From an uncultured archaeon (GTDB taxonomy: Archaea > Asgardarchaeota > Heimdallarchaeia > Heimdallarchaeales > Heimdallarchaeaceae): a stretch of 64,000 nucleotides of DNA. A program made the position numbers and the translations under genes. Below the pieces are notes generated by a model that was not told where the DNA came from, did no database searches, and was given only the letters and a program-made list of their open reading frames with translations. Positions 9,319 to 18,768 of the stretch are shown piece after piece. The stretch covers positions 54,723 to 118,722 of the forward strand of contig CAZHRF010000002.1 in NCBI GenBank assembly GCA_964534625.1. The letters are read 5' to 3'. Position 1 is the stretch's first letter, and each line of letters opens with the position of its first letter.

Positions 9319-12300
9319 TCAGAAAAAGAGACAAAACAAAACTATAAGATTGTTTTTGCTACTCATATTCCTTTGTGTATTCCTCTTTTCAACTACCCCT
9401 ATCGAATGTTCCAAAGGATATAAACAAAATAATGAAAATATAGTCCAAGTTGAATTGGTGAATATCAATGCTAGGTCAGTTACAGTGAATTGGACATCAA
9501 TTCCTCTTAATGATTCAAATAGTTTTTTCATTTCTTTGGAATCTAACATATTCAATCAGAGTAAAATATGGAGTGTAATATTTCTTAATGAAACAGTTGA
9601 AGAAAAACAAAATATCCTTTCTCCGATTAATTATACAATAAACGGAGAATTAATGCAAGCTCAAAAATCTCTTGCATTAAATTTTACTTACTATATCATT
9701 AAAGAAGATTATTCATCAATTCAAGCTAAAATAACAAGTTTAAAACCTTTAACTAAATACAATATTAGTCTTTATAGTTCCTATTCGACTCTTAAAGAAG
9801 GAGATATACCGATCATTACTATAACCAATTCAACAGTATTATGGCGATCTAACATTGAAACGAGTATTAGTTTAATTGAGCAATTAGAACATTCACAACT
9901 GTCTTTAGTATTATCTTTAGTAACAATTTTGATTGTTTTCTTACTTTTATTTTATTATATTGCAAAAAAAGATTTACCCTACAATCGTTTAGCATATCTC
10001 TTCATATTACCCGCTGTATTAGCTCTTATTTTGTTGGAAGTCTATCCAATAATTTATGGTATATTTCTTTCCTTTACATCATATGGGCTTAAAAGAGGCG
10101 AGATGCCAGTTTTTGTGTTTTTTAGAAATTACGCTGAGGTAACTAAAAATCCACAATTATCAATAGCCTTTACCACAACTATAGTTTGGACTGTTATTGT
10201 AATTTTCTTTAAATTACTTTTAGGATCTATTTTCGCTTACTCTCTTCAGTTTAAAATTAAACGAAAAAAACTATGGTATGTCCTTCTTTATCTCCCTTGG
10301 GCAATACCTGCATATATCAAGATTCTATCGTGGCGGTCATTCTTTCAAGGTTATTCTGGAGATTCTTTCTTTAACATGCTTTTCCAAACCGACATTAATT
10401 TGTTTGTTCAACCTTATACTGCTCTTCTTATAGCATCCTTCGTTGAAATATCGATGGCAATTCCTTTTATTACAACAGTTTTTTTGGGTGCGTTGGCCAG
10501 TATCTCAAAAGAATTAATAGACATATCAGAAGTAGATCAAATATCTGAATGGGAGAGAATAAGGAAAGTTGTAATTCCGTTAATTAAACCCATTATACTA
10601 CCTGCTGTTATGTTAGAGATAATAAAATCTTTTGGAAGTTTTAATGTTGCGTTTTTATTAACGGGAGGATATCCAATTTTAAAATATGGCGTGAGTGATA
10701 TAGGGGTTATTGGGGCAACAGATTTGTTTAGTACCTTTACATTTTATATGTTTTATCAGCAGAGAGCTATTGGTATAGCTGCAGCTTATTCAACCATAAT
10801 GAGCATGATAACCCTTTTCTTTGTTTTAATATGGATAAAAATATCTAAAGGAATGGAAAATAAATTTCAGCCAGAAGATAGGAAAACAAAACAAAGTAGT
10901 TTATTTACAATTATTTCATTTGTTCTACTCCAAAGTATTGGATATCTTATATCTGCATTCGCCGGTTTTAGATATTTTGGCTTCTACTGTAGCAAAGTAA
11001 CCACTTTAATTGTTGCTATTTTTTATCTGCTGATATTTATTTCACTAATAACAAGAAAAGGAAGGATTATACCTTTTTTCCGTTCAATTTTGATTTTTGA
11101 TTTCTCCATCTCAATTTTTCAGTTGGCAAGATACCAAATGTGGTATGCTTTTAATTGGAATATCCTTATAATAACTATTGAATTGTTATTGTTAGCACAA
11201 ATTGATTATAATGGACAAAGATTGACCTATCTCTCTTTTATACTCGAAACAATAAGAAATGGAGTAAATCAACTCATAAACCATACTAAAGTATTACTAA
11301 GAAGAGTAGATAATGCAATAATCCGAGTCAATAAATATACCGTAATAATAACTTTAGAAGTGATACTTCTATTTATGTATGCTCTAATAGTCCATTCAAC
11401 AGTTTATATGTTGATCTCTTTTATAATGATAATAATGGCTCTTATAGGTTACACTTTTCTTAAACACGATTTGAAGTTGGATTATATAGTTCAATTATTA
11501 GTCATTTCACTACTTATTTTTCAAAACCTAGGGCTTGGTTGGATTGCTCTTGTGACTTTGTTACTTGTAATTTTCTTCCTAAACAAATTGCAATCGTATT
11601 TAATTTTTAATGGGACTGGAAGGAACAGGGCAATAAGTAAATCAATATGCAATATGGATATTAATTTTTCAGCTATGTTTTTGTTAGTGGTATTTATCTC
11701 ACTTATACCTTTTTGGAATATTTTATGGATTGCATTTGCGCCATTGAATCAATTAGTTCCAACTTCGCTTATTCCTAGTAATCCTACTCTTGACAATTTC
11801 AAACACATTTTTACCCAAGAACAAATACATGTCCATTTTCTGAATTCATTAGTAGTTTCATTCGGTTCTGCAATTATTTGTCTTATGGTGACAACTCTAG
11901 CAGGATATGCAATCTCTAGATATTCATTCAAGGCGAAAGACAAAGTTATGCTCGGGGTATTTATTCTCAAAATGTTTACTGGAGTTTTAACTCTCATACC
12001 TTTTTATCTTATAATGTACAATTTAGGATTAATAGACCGATTTATTGGTGTCATCTTAGCTTATAGTGTCAATAGTATCCCTATTCTTTTATGGATTATT
12101 AAAGGCTACTTTGATTCAATTCCAACAGAACTTGATGAAAGTGCATTAATAATGGGTAATTCGCGATTCAGAATACTAAGAAAGATAATCTTTCCTCTTT
12201 CGAAGCCAGTATTGGCTATCGCCTTTCTGTTAAACTTTCTATCTGCATGGAATGGCTTTCTATTAGCTTTTGTTTTACTGCAATCCACAAGCAAATACAC

Positions 12301-12487
12301 GCTTCCTATAAAACTGTATTCTTTTTTGGGATCAATTGAAACAAGTTCTCCTGAATGGGGACTATTTGCTGCAGCATCTGTCTTAGTAATAATACCTATA
12401 CTTCTTTTATTTATACTATTGAGAGATTACATAATGGGTGGCACTAAACAGAAAATAGAAGTTAAAATTGAGGAGATTGCAAAATGA
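9305..12487 (+). CDS. Fused sugar ABC permease (MalF-like + MalG-like) with N-terminal extracellular domain
   Basis: MalF-like YLFILPA, LPWAIP, ISKELIDISEVD. MalG-like PTLDNF, FLNSL, IPTELDESALIMG, SAWNGF, YTLPI. Confidence 0.88.
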   Translation: MNMFNQKKRQNKTIRLFLLLIFLCVFLFSTTPIECSKGYKQNNENIVQVELVNINARSVTVNWTSIPLNDSNSFFISLESNIFNQSKIWSVIFLNETVEEKQNILSPINYTINGELMQAQKSLALNFTYYIIKEDYSSIQAKITSLKPLTKYNISLYSSYSTLKEGDIPIITITNSTVLWRSNIETSISLIEQLEHSQLSLVLSLVTILIVFLLLFYYIAKKDLPYNRLAYLFILPAVLALILLEVYPIIYGIFLSFTSYGLKRGEMPVFVFFRNYAEVTKNPQLSIAFTTTIVWTVIVIFFKLLLGSIFAYSLQFKIKRKKLWYVLLYLPWAIPAYIKILSWRSFFQGYSGDSFFNMLFQTDINLFVQPYTALLIASFVEISMAIPFITTVFLGALASISKELIDISEVDQISEWERIRKVVIPLIKPIILPAVMLEIIKSFGSFNVAFLLTGGYPILKYGVSDIGVIGATDLFSTFTFYMFYQQRAIGIAAAYSTIMSMITLFFVLIWIKISKGMENKFQPEDRKTKQSSLFTIISFVLLQSIGYLISAFAGFRYFGFYCSKVTTLIVAIFYLLIFISLITRKGRIIPFFRSILIFDFSISIFQLARYQMWYAFNWNILIITIELLLLAQIDYNGQRLTYLSFILETIRNGVNQLINHTKVLLRRVDNAIIRVNKYTVIITLEVILLFMYALIVHSTVYMLISFIMIIMALIGYTFLKHDLKLDYIVQLLVISLLIFQNLGLGWIALVTLLLVIFFLNKLQSYLIFNGTGRNRAISKSICNMDINFSAMFLLVVFISLIPFWNILWIAFAPLNQLVPTSLIPSNPTLDNFKHIFTQEQIHVHFLNSLVVSFGSAIICLMVTTLAGYAISRYSFKAKDKVMLGVFILKMFTGVLTLIPFYLIMYNLGLIDRFIGVILAYSVNSIPILLWIIKGYFDSIPTELDESALIMGNSRFRILRKIIFPLSKPVLAIAFLLNFLSAWNGFLLAFVLLQSTSKYTLPIKLYSFLGSIETSSPEWGLFAAASVLVIIPILLLFILLRDYIMGGTKQKIEVKIEEIAK

Positions 12488-13605
12488 ATGTAAAACTAGA
12501 AGATATTTCAATGTACTTTGGTGCTAAAAAAGCGCTAAACAATGTGAATCTATCGATACCTGAGGGCTCATTTGTGGTCATTTTGGGACCAAGTGGTAGT
12601 GGGAAGACAACATTATTACGAATTATAGCTGGTTTACAATACCCTACTAGTGGAAAAGTTTATTTTGACGATAAAGATGTCACAGATTTACCTGCAAATA
12701 AAAGAAATATTGCTATGGCTTTTCAAAACTATCCTTTGTTTCCACACATGACAGTAGAAGAAAATATGCGGTTTGCTTTAGAGTCAAAAAAGAAAGGTAA
12801 AATCTTTAAAGAAAATGTCTATAGCGCGGTAGAAATAACAGATAAAGTAAAACAAACTCTTGAATTGCTTCATATTACTGAACATAGAAACAAATACCCT
12901 TCACAGCTATCTGGGGGAGAAAAACAAAGAGTGGCAATAGGTCGAGAAGTAATAAGGGATCCATGTTTATTTTTATTTGATGAACCATTAAGTAATATTG
13001 ATGCAAGATTAAGATATGAAATGCGAACATGGATTAGACGATTACACAAATTATTGGGTAAAACAATGATATATGTAACACATGATCAAGATGAAGCAAT
13101 GGCTTTGGGAGAAATGATTATCCTACTTGAGCAAGGGAAAATACAACAAAGTGGTAAAAAACACGAACTGTACTATGAACCAAAAAAGAAATTTGTGGCT
13201 GAATTTATAGGAAATTATCCAATGAATTTTATCAATTTTGAAAAAAAAGGAGACCAATATTACGTAGTTGACAATAAAAAAACCCCATTACCAGTTAAAT
13301 TGGCAAATATGGAGGGAATGAAGAAACTAGAAAAGGGTGAAATTGGGTTCAGAGCTGAATATATTAGAGAATATAAAAAAGATAAACTGCTTGATGACAA
13401 AATGGTTTTATTACACTGCAAAATTGAAGATATTGAAAAAGTATTAGAACAACAAATACTTTCTTTGCGGTATAATAAATATAAAGTAATCTTTGTTACA
13501 GACACTAAAAAGGAATTTAGCATTAACCAAGAATTGTCTGTTATAATCAATCTTGATGATCTCTACATTTTTGACTCCAATGGAAAAAGAGTTGAAGAAG
13601 GCTAG
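12484..13605 (+). CDS. Sugar ABC transporter ATP-binding subunit (MalK/UgpC-like)
   Basis: GPSGSGKT, FQNYPLFPHMTV, LSGGEKQRVAIGR, DEPLSNID, YVTHDQDEAM, C-terminal TOBE-like region. Confidence 0.95.
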   Translation: MNVKLEDISMYFGAKKALNNVNLSIPEGSFVVILGPSGSGKTTLLRIIAGLQYPTSGKVYFDDKDVTDLPANKRNIAMAFQNYPLFPHMTVEENMRFALESKKKGKIFKENVYSAVEITDKVKQTLELLHITEHRNKYPSQLSGGEKQRVAIGREVIRDPCLFLFDEPLSNIDARLRYEMRTWIRRLHKLLGKTMIYVTHDQDEAMALGEMIILLEQGKIQQSGKKHELYYEPKKKFVAEFIGNYPMNFINFEKKGDQYYVVDNKKTPLPVKLANMEGMKKLEKGEIGFRAEYIREYKKDKLLDDKMVLLHCKIEDIEKVLEQQILSLRYNKYKVIFVTDTKKEFSINQELSVIINLDDLYIFDSNGKRVEEG

Positions 13606-13672
13606 AACAATAGCATATCACGTTTTCATAAGAAGAAAAAATCAACTAAAAAAGAATGAGAGAGAAAGTGTG

Positions 13673-14893
13673 TTATATTTCGTTAAATACCTTCTCAATA
13701 ACATCTAAAGCATAGTCTAGGTCTTTTTCATTTATAACGAGAGGTGGTGCAAACCTAATTGAATATGAATGGGTTTCTTTTGCCAAGATACCTACTGGTT
13801 CATAATCTTTCATTGCTTCAGTATATGGTCTGGCTTTTACATGTAATTCAATAGCGGTTAGTAATCCTTTTCCTCGTACTTCTTTGATCTTTTTAGGAAA
13901 CTTTTGTTGGATTGCTGTGAGACCGTCCATAAAGTATTCTCCTAGTTCTTGAGCTCTTTCAGAGAAGTTATTGGCATTAATAAGATCACAAACAGATTCT
14001 AAAACTGCCATACCTAGAGAATTACCCCCCCATGTGCTACCATGAGTACCTTTGGTTAGTACATCCATATATTCCCAATGACTGAGCACTCCAGCTACAG
14101 GAAATACCCCACCGCCTACTGCTTTTCCAACAAGTGTCATATCGGGTTGGAACCCTTCATGATCACATGTGAAGAGTTGACCTGTTCGACAGAAACCTGT
14201 TTGGATTTCATCAGCAATAAAAAGAACATTATTTTTCTTACAGATATCATATGCTTTCTTAAGATATCCATTACTAGGAACTTTAACACCTGCTTCACCT
14301 TGGATAGGTTCAACTAGAAAAGCTACAGTTTTATCATTAATTGCTTTTTCTAACATTTCAATGTCATCATAGGGGATGATTTTGAAACCTGGTGTTTTAG
14401 GACCAAATCCTTCATAAGTTGTTGGGTCAGTCGAAAATCCTACAATCGTAGTTGTTCTGCCATGAAAGTTGTTTTCACAGACGATAATCTCAGCTTTATC
14501 TTCTTTAACACCTTTCTTTTCATAACCCCATTTACGCGCAATTTTGATTCCAGACTCAACAGCTTCAGCACCTGTGTTCATAGGCAAAAATACTTCATAA
14601 TTAGTTAATTTACACAGTTTCTTAGCTGCAGGTCCCATGCTGTCATTACAGAAAGCACGACTGGTAAGAATGACCTTTCTTGCTTGCTTTTTTAATACTC
14701 GAACAAGTTTACGGTTACAATGACCAAAATTTTGTGAGGAATAGGCACTTAGACAATCAATATATTTCTTACCATCAACATCCCATACAAAAGCACCCTT
14801 GGCTTTTTTAATAACGACAGGGATGGGTTTATAATTGTGGGCTGTCCATTTTGCATCTAATTTTAAGTAATAATCGGTTTTGTTGTCACTCAT
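13673..14893 (-). CDS. rocD: Ornithine aminotransferase (class III PLP)
   Basis: AHNYKPIPVV, LSAYSSQNFGH, PMNTGAEAVE, NFHGRT, EPIQGEAG, ADEIQTG, HGSTWGGN. Confidence 0.93.
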   Translation of the reverse strand: MSDNKTDYYLKLDAKWTAHNYKPIPVVIKKAKGAFVWDVDGKKYIDCLSAYSSQNFGHCNRKLVRVLKKQARKVILTSRAFCNDSMGPAAKKLCKLTNYEVFLPMNTGAEAVESGIKIARKWGYEKKGVKEDKAEIIVCENNFHGRTTTIVGFSTDPTTYEGFGPKTPGFKIIPYDDIEMLEKAINDKTVAFLVEPIQGEAGVKVPSNGYLKKAYDICKKNNVLFIADEIQTGFCRTGQLFTCDHEGFQPDMTLVGKAVGGGVFPVAGVLSHWEYMDVLTKGTHGSTWGGNSLGMAVLESVCDLINANNFSERAQELGEYFMDGLTAIQQKFPKKIKEVRGKGLLTAIELHVKARPYTEAMKDYEPVGILAKETHSYSIRFAPPLVINEKDLDYALDVIEKVFNEI

Positions 14894-14954
14894 AAAAAAT
14901 ACACCCTAAGAGAGTAAAAAGAGTCAATTTAAAAAAATTCCGCTGTGTGTATGT

Positions 14955-16064
14955 CTAAGCAGTTATTTTTGTTTGTTTTTTAAGTTCGCTATATATCCCA
15001 ACACCTATAGCAGTAATTACCATAGCTATGACAAGAATAATTGTTCCAATAGGCGGTTTTTGCCTAATAACCTCGAACTCGAAAATGGTCTGTTCAACTT
15101 GCAAAACATCTTCTAAAACCATTAATATTATATCATTTTGTTCATTAGTTGTATTTGTAGATTGAATGGCACTAAAATCTATATAAATTGGATCTCCTAA
15201 TGGTATGTCAGCAATTTCTATTGAAATATTTGCAGAGCTTGTTAGAATAGTAGTATTTGAAATATCGTAGGTGATGTTTGCAATCTCTAGTTGGTAAATA
15301 TCTGATTCTTTAGGGATCTGGATGTTTTTCATGTATAATTCATCCCCTTTTGTCCAGTTCAACATCTGGTTTTGAATTTGAGCTGAAAGACTTATTGTGC
15401 CTACTAGATAAACCTCTGGTTCGATTATAATTGAAAGGTTTTGGTCTTGATTTAATGCTCTAAGAGCGTTGATGGTATTTATGATTAGTATTAATTCGTC
15501 TGACATATCTTCGGTAGTTTCTATTTCTGGTAACTTGGCTAATTCTGTCGTATATCTCGTTGTTTTAACGTTAATGGGAACAGAAATATTTTCACCTACA
15601 AATGTTTCAAATTCTGAATAGGTTGTTTGTTTACTCTCTTCTTGAATGTAAAATGGTATTAATGTATCATTAAATGCTACAATTATTGAACCATTGAGTG
15701 ATAATGCGACTATACCACTCTCACTATTTAGCGTAAGGGCAAGTCTAGTGTTATTTTTATCAAATTGTTTATCGATAAAACCTGTTGCATTTAAAGGGGC
15801 ATCAATAGTAATATTTGAAGATAAGTATATACCCATACCAAGGGTAGCGTTCCCAAAAGAAAGGAATAAATTTCGCTGAAGAGATTTGTTTAAATCGATT
15901 TGTTGTTGAGACATCGTCCAATTTTCTTCTTCATCTATTTTTCCTTCATAAAATGAATCATTTAATGATAATGATGGTACAGTTACGAATAAGAGTGATA
16001 AATATAAAAACATAAAAAATATTGCAATTGTTCTTTTTTTTGCAGATTTATAGAATACTTTCAT
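14955..16064 (-). CDS. Exported hypothetical protein with C-terminal TM anchor
   Basis: Signal-like N-terminus, beta-rich body with many N-x-S/T sequons, C-terminal TM followed by basic residues. Confidence 0.8.
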   Translation of the reverse strand: MKVFYKSAKKRTIAIFFMFLYLSLLFVTVPSLSLNDSFYEGKIDEEENWTMSQQQIDLNKSLQRNLFLSFGNATLGMGIYLSSNITIDAPLNATGFIDKQFDKNNTRLALTLNSESGIVALSLNGSIIVAFNDTLIPFYIQEESKQTTYSEFETFVGENISVPINVKTTRYTTELAKLPEIETTEDMSDELILIINTINALRALNQDQNLSIIIEPEVYLVGTISLSAQIQNQMLNWTKGDELYMKNIQIPKESDIYQLEIANITYDISNTTILTSSANISIEIADIPLGDPIYIDFSAIQSTNTTNEQNDIILMVLEDVLQVEQTIFEFEVIRQKPPIGTIILVIAMVITAIGVGIYSELKKQTKITA

Positions 16065-16111
16065 TTCAACTTAGTATTATGAAAATGAAGTATAAAGTTT
16101 TTGATGCTTAA

Positions 16112-16294
16112 AAGTGACTTTCTCCTCAACATTTTTGATATAAAAGTATTACGAAAAAATAAGGAGAAATGGGAGAAAGAGCTTATCCCCGAATAAGCGT
16201 GAAAAAAACTAATAGAACAGAATAATACGTTTTTAGCCATTAGTATTTCTCCTCAAGAAGACAAGTAGATTTTTAAATGGGGAGAAAGACACTT
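16112..16294. repeat. About 183-bp intergenic element with nested inverted repeats
   Basis: aagtgactttctcc (16112-16125) and ggagaaagacactt (16281-16294) are complementary at 13/14 positions. Inner aggagaaat/atttctcct pair and central gcttat-N6-ataagc hairpin. Confidence 0.5.
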
Positions 16295-16352
16295 AAAAAA
16301 TTCTTTTGCTCGTCGCAAAAATTTTAATAAGACTGAATGCTATAAGATAATT

Positions 16353-17354
16353 ATGCCAAAAAATAACAAAGATAACGAAGATAATACAGAAGAAAGTGAA
16401 GAAAAAGCGGAAGTGTTGGCAGAAAAGCCCAAGAAACCCCGTAAAAAGAGGGTAAAAGGGGGTAAAATTACAAGGGATGATATTAAACTTTTACTTTTAG
16501 CAATCTGGAAAGTTATACTAGTTGTGCTCAGATTTATTTTTTCACCATTTATCTATACAGGAAAACTAATGGCAAGAACATATCGTTTCCTTAAAGATCG
16601 TGGTGATCACGAGCTAACAAATGAAGAGAAAGACTATCTGTCTTTGATACCCACAATGTATTTAATGCTTAGTATAAGCGTAACAATTGTCGTGGTGTTC
16701 TTTACTGTCTCATTTCTAGAAGAATTGTGGAGAGTTATAGCAAGTTTCAATATATGGGACGGTATTGTGTGGTTTTTCTTAGCAATTGGGAAAGGTATTG
16801 CATGGATTTTTAAAGGTATTTTTGGGGGGTTGGCGGCATTAGCCATGTTAATAGGTGAATTGCTATCAATAGATCCCTTCCTTGCATCATTTTTAGTATT
16901 ATTTATGATGGTAATTGTAGCGGGATTATTATTATTGTTATATCAAGCTCCATTTACACAAAAAGTAATAGCCGCTATAAGACGATTTGTAAAGTATATA
17001 GGAGAATTTCCTAAAAAAATCGGTTTATGGTTTAAGGAACTCCATGATAAATTCAAACTACTTGTTCTGAAATACATTATTGGAGAAAAACTGGTAGAAA
17101 CAAAAACTAAGAACTTCTTTTTTATAACGATTTTGTGGGTAGTAATTTTCACTATAATATCTTGGGTATTTTTTGCCGTCTATGCCATTTACACTTGGAT
17201 GGGTGTAGCATGGGATTGGCGTGATGCTTTAGGGTATATGGTATTTATCTTTCTCATCGAGTTTTTGATGGTCGGTATATTTGGAACTTGGTTCTTCCAT
17301 AGAATGCTCGGTATAGCTACTAAGCACTCTAATAGATACGCTATCAAAACCTAA
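16353..17354 (+). CDS. Hypothetical multi-pass membrane protein
   Basis: Charged N-terminus followed by several hydrophobic and amphipathic helices. Confidence 0.8.
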   Translation: MPKNNKDNEDNTEESEEKAEVLAEKPKKPRKKRVKGGKITRDDIKLLLLAIWKVILVVLRFIFSPFIYTGKLMARTYRFLKDRGDHELTNEEKDYLSLIPTMYLMLSISVTIVVVFFTVSFLEELWRVIASFNIWDGIVWFFLAIGKGIAWIFKGIFGGLAALAMLIGELLSIDPFLASFLVLFMMVIVAGLLLLLYQAPFTQKVIAAIRRFVKYIGEFPKKIGLWFKELHDKFKLLVLKYIIGEKLVETKTKNFFFITILWVVIFTIISWVFFAVYAIYTWMGVAWDWRDALGYMVFIFLIEFLMVGIFGTWFFHRMLGIATKHSNRYAIKT

Positions 17355-17614
17355 TTTTTTTTATTTTTTTCACTATTTTTAAACGTTCCCTCCCTAATCA
17401 TTGGTGCGTTGTTTTCCATAGAATTGAATTTAGTAGAATTGATGTGGGGTCTAAGATACTAAATGTAGCCTCAAAAAATGGGTAATATGGTATATCAAGA
17501 GCAAATAGGGGTGTTTTACAACTAGTTTTTTATTCATTATTTGTGATTTGTGAGTGCGCTTTATATTTATTGACATTAAATAATGTTTAAAAAATTGCTT
17601 GTACATTTATTCTT

Positions 17615-18613
17615 ATGACAATTCGTATGGGAATAAATGGTTTTGGTCGCATTGGACGCGGTGTATTTAGGGCTGGTTTTGGTAATGAAGCCATTGAATT
17701 TGTTGGTATTAATGATATTACAAGTGTAGAAATCTTAGCTCATTTATTGAAGTATGATTCAACCCATGGGACATTTCCTTACCCAGTTTCTGTTAAGGGA
17801 AATAATTTGGTTGTTGATGGTAAGATTATACCTGTATTTAGTCTTAAAAATCCTGCTGATATACCTTGGGATTCCGTTGATACTGATATAGTTGTAGAAT
17901 GTACTGGATTCTTTAGAACATATGATGATGCAGCTAAACATCTCAAACCTGGGGTGAAAAACGTTATAATTTCAGCTCCTTCAAAAGGTGGGCCTGTATC
18001 GACATTTGTCATGGGGGTGAATGAATCTGAGTTTAGTTTTGAGAAGCATAAAGTTATATCTAATGCTAGTTGCACAACGAATTGTTATGCACCAGTTACA
18101 AAAGTTTTAGATGAAAAGTTTGGTATTGAACAAGGATTTATGACAACCGTCCATAGTTACACAGGAGATCAGAGAATATTAGATGCACCACACAAAGATC
18201 TTAGAAGAGCACGTTCCGCTGCAGTTTCGATCATACCTACCACTACAGGATCAGCTAAAGCAGTAGGGGCTGTTTTACCCCATTTAGACGGAAAGTTAGA
18301 TGCTATCGCAATAAGAGTACCCTCTCCTAATGTATCAATTATAGATGCGGTATATACTCTTAAAAATGAAACAACTGTAGATGAAGTGAATGAAATATTC
18401 AAAGAAGCAGCAGAAGAAGAATTAAAAGATATATTGGCTGTATCAAATGAGCCATTAGTATCAATAGATTATAACGGGGATCCCCATTCTGCAATTGTAG
18501 ATTTATTATCTACCAAAGTTATGGGTAATAAGGTAAAAATTGTAGCATGGTATGATAATGAAACGGGATATTCACATAGAATGATTGATTTGGCCCGTTA
18601 TATTTCAAAATAA
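17615..18613 (+). CDS. gap: Glyceraldehyde-3-phosphate dehydrogenase, class I (bacterial/eukaryotic type)
   Basis: GINGFGRIGR, LLKYDSTHG, SNASCTTNC, DLRRARSAA, WYDNE. Confidence 0.97.
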   Translation: MTIRMGINGFGRIGRGVFRAGFGNEAIEFVGINDITSVEILAHLLKYDSTHGTFPYPVSVKGNNLVVDGKIIPVFSLKNPADIPWDSVDTDIVVECTGFFRTYDDAAKHLKPGVKNVIISAPSKGGPVSTFVMGVNESEFSFEKHKVISNASCTTNCYAPVTKVLDEKFGIEQGFMTTVHSYTGDQRILDAPHKDLRRARSAAVSIIPTTTGSAKAVGAVLPHLDGKLDAIAIRVPSPNVSIIDAVYTLKNETTVDEVNEIFKEAAEEELKDILAVSNEPLVSIDYNGDPHSAIVDLLSTKVMGNKVKIVAWYDNETGYSHRMIDLARYISK

Positions 18614-18768
18614 GTTCAGCTTTTTCTTGACTTTTTTTCTTTTTACTATAATTATAAAGGAAGAACAAAAGAGCGATTCTAGAGATTTTGATTTTTATAT
18701 GAGTGAATTTCAAACCTTCCATTAATTTTTCAATATAAGAGAAAAATAAAGAAGAGGAAAAAAAAGTA

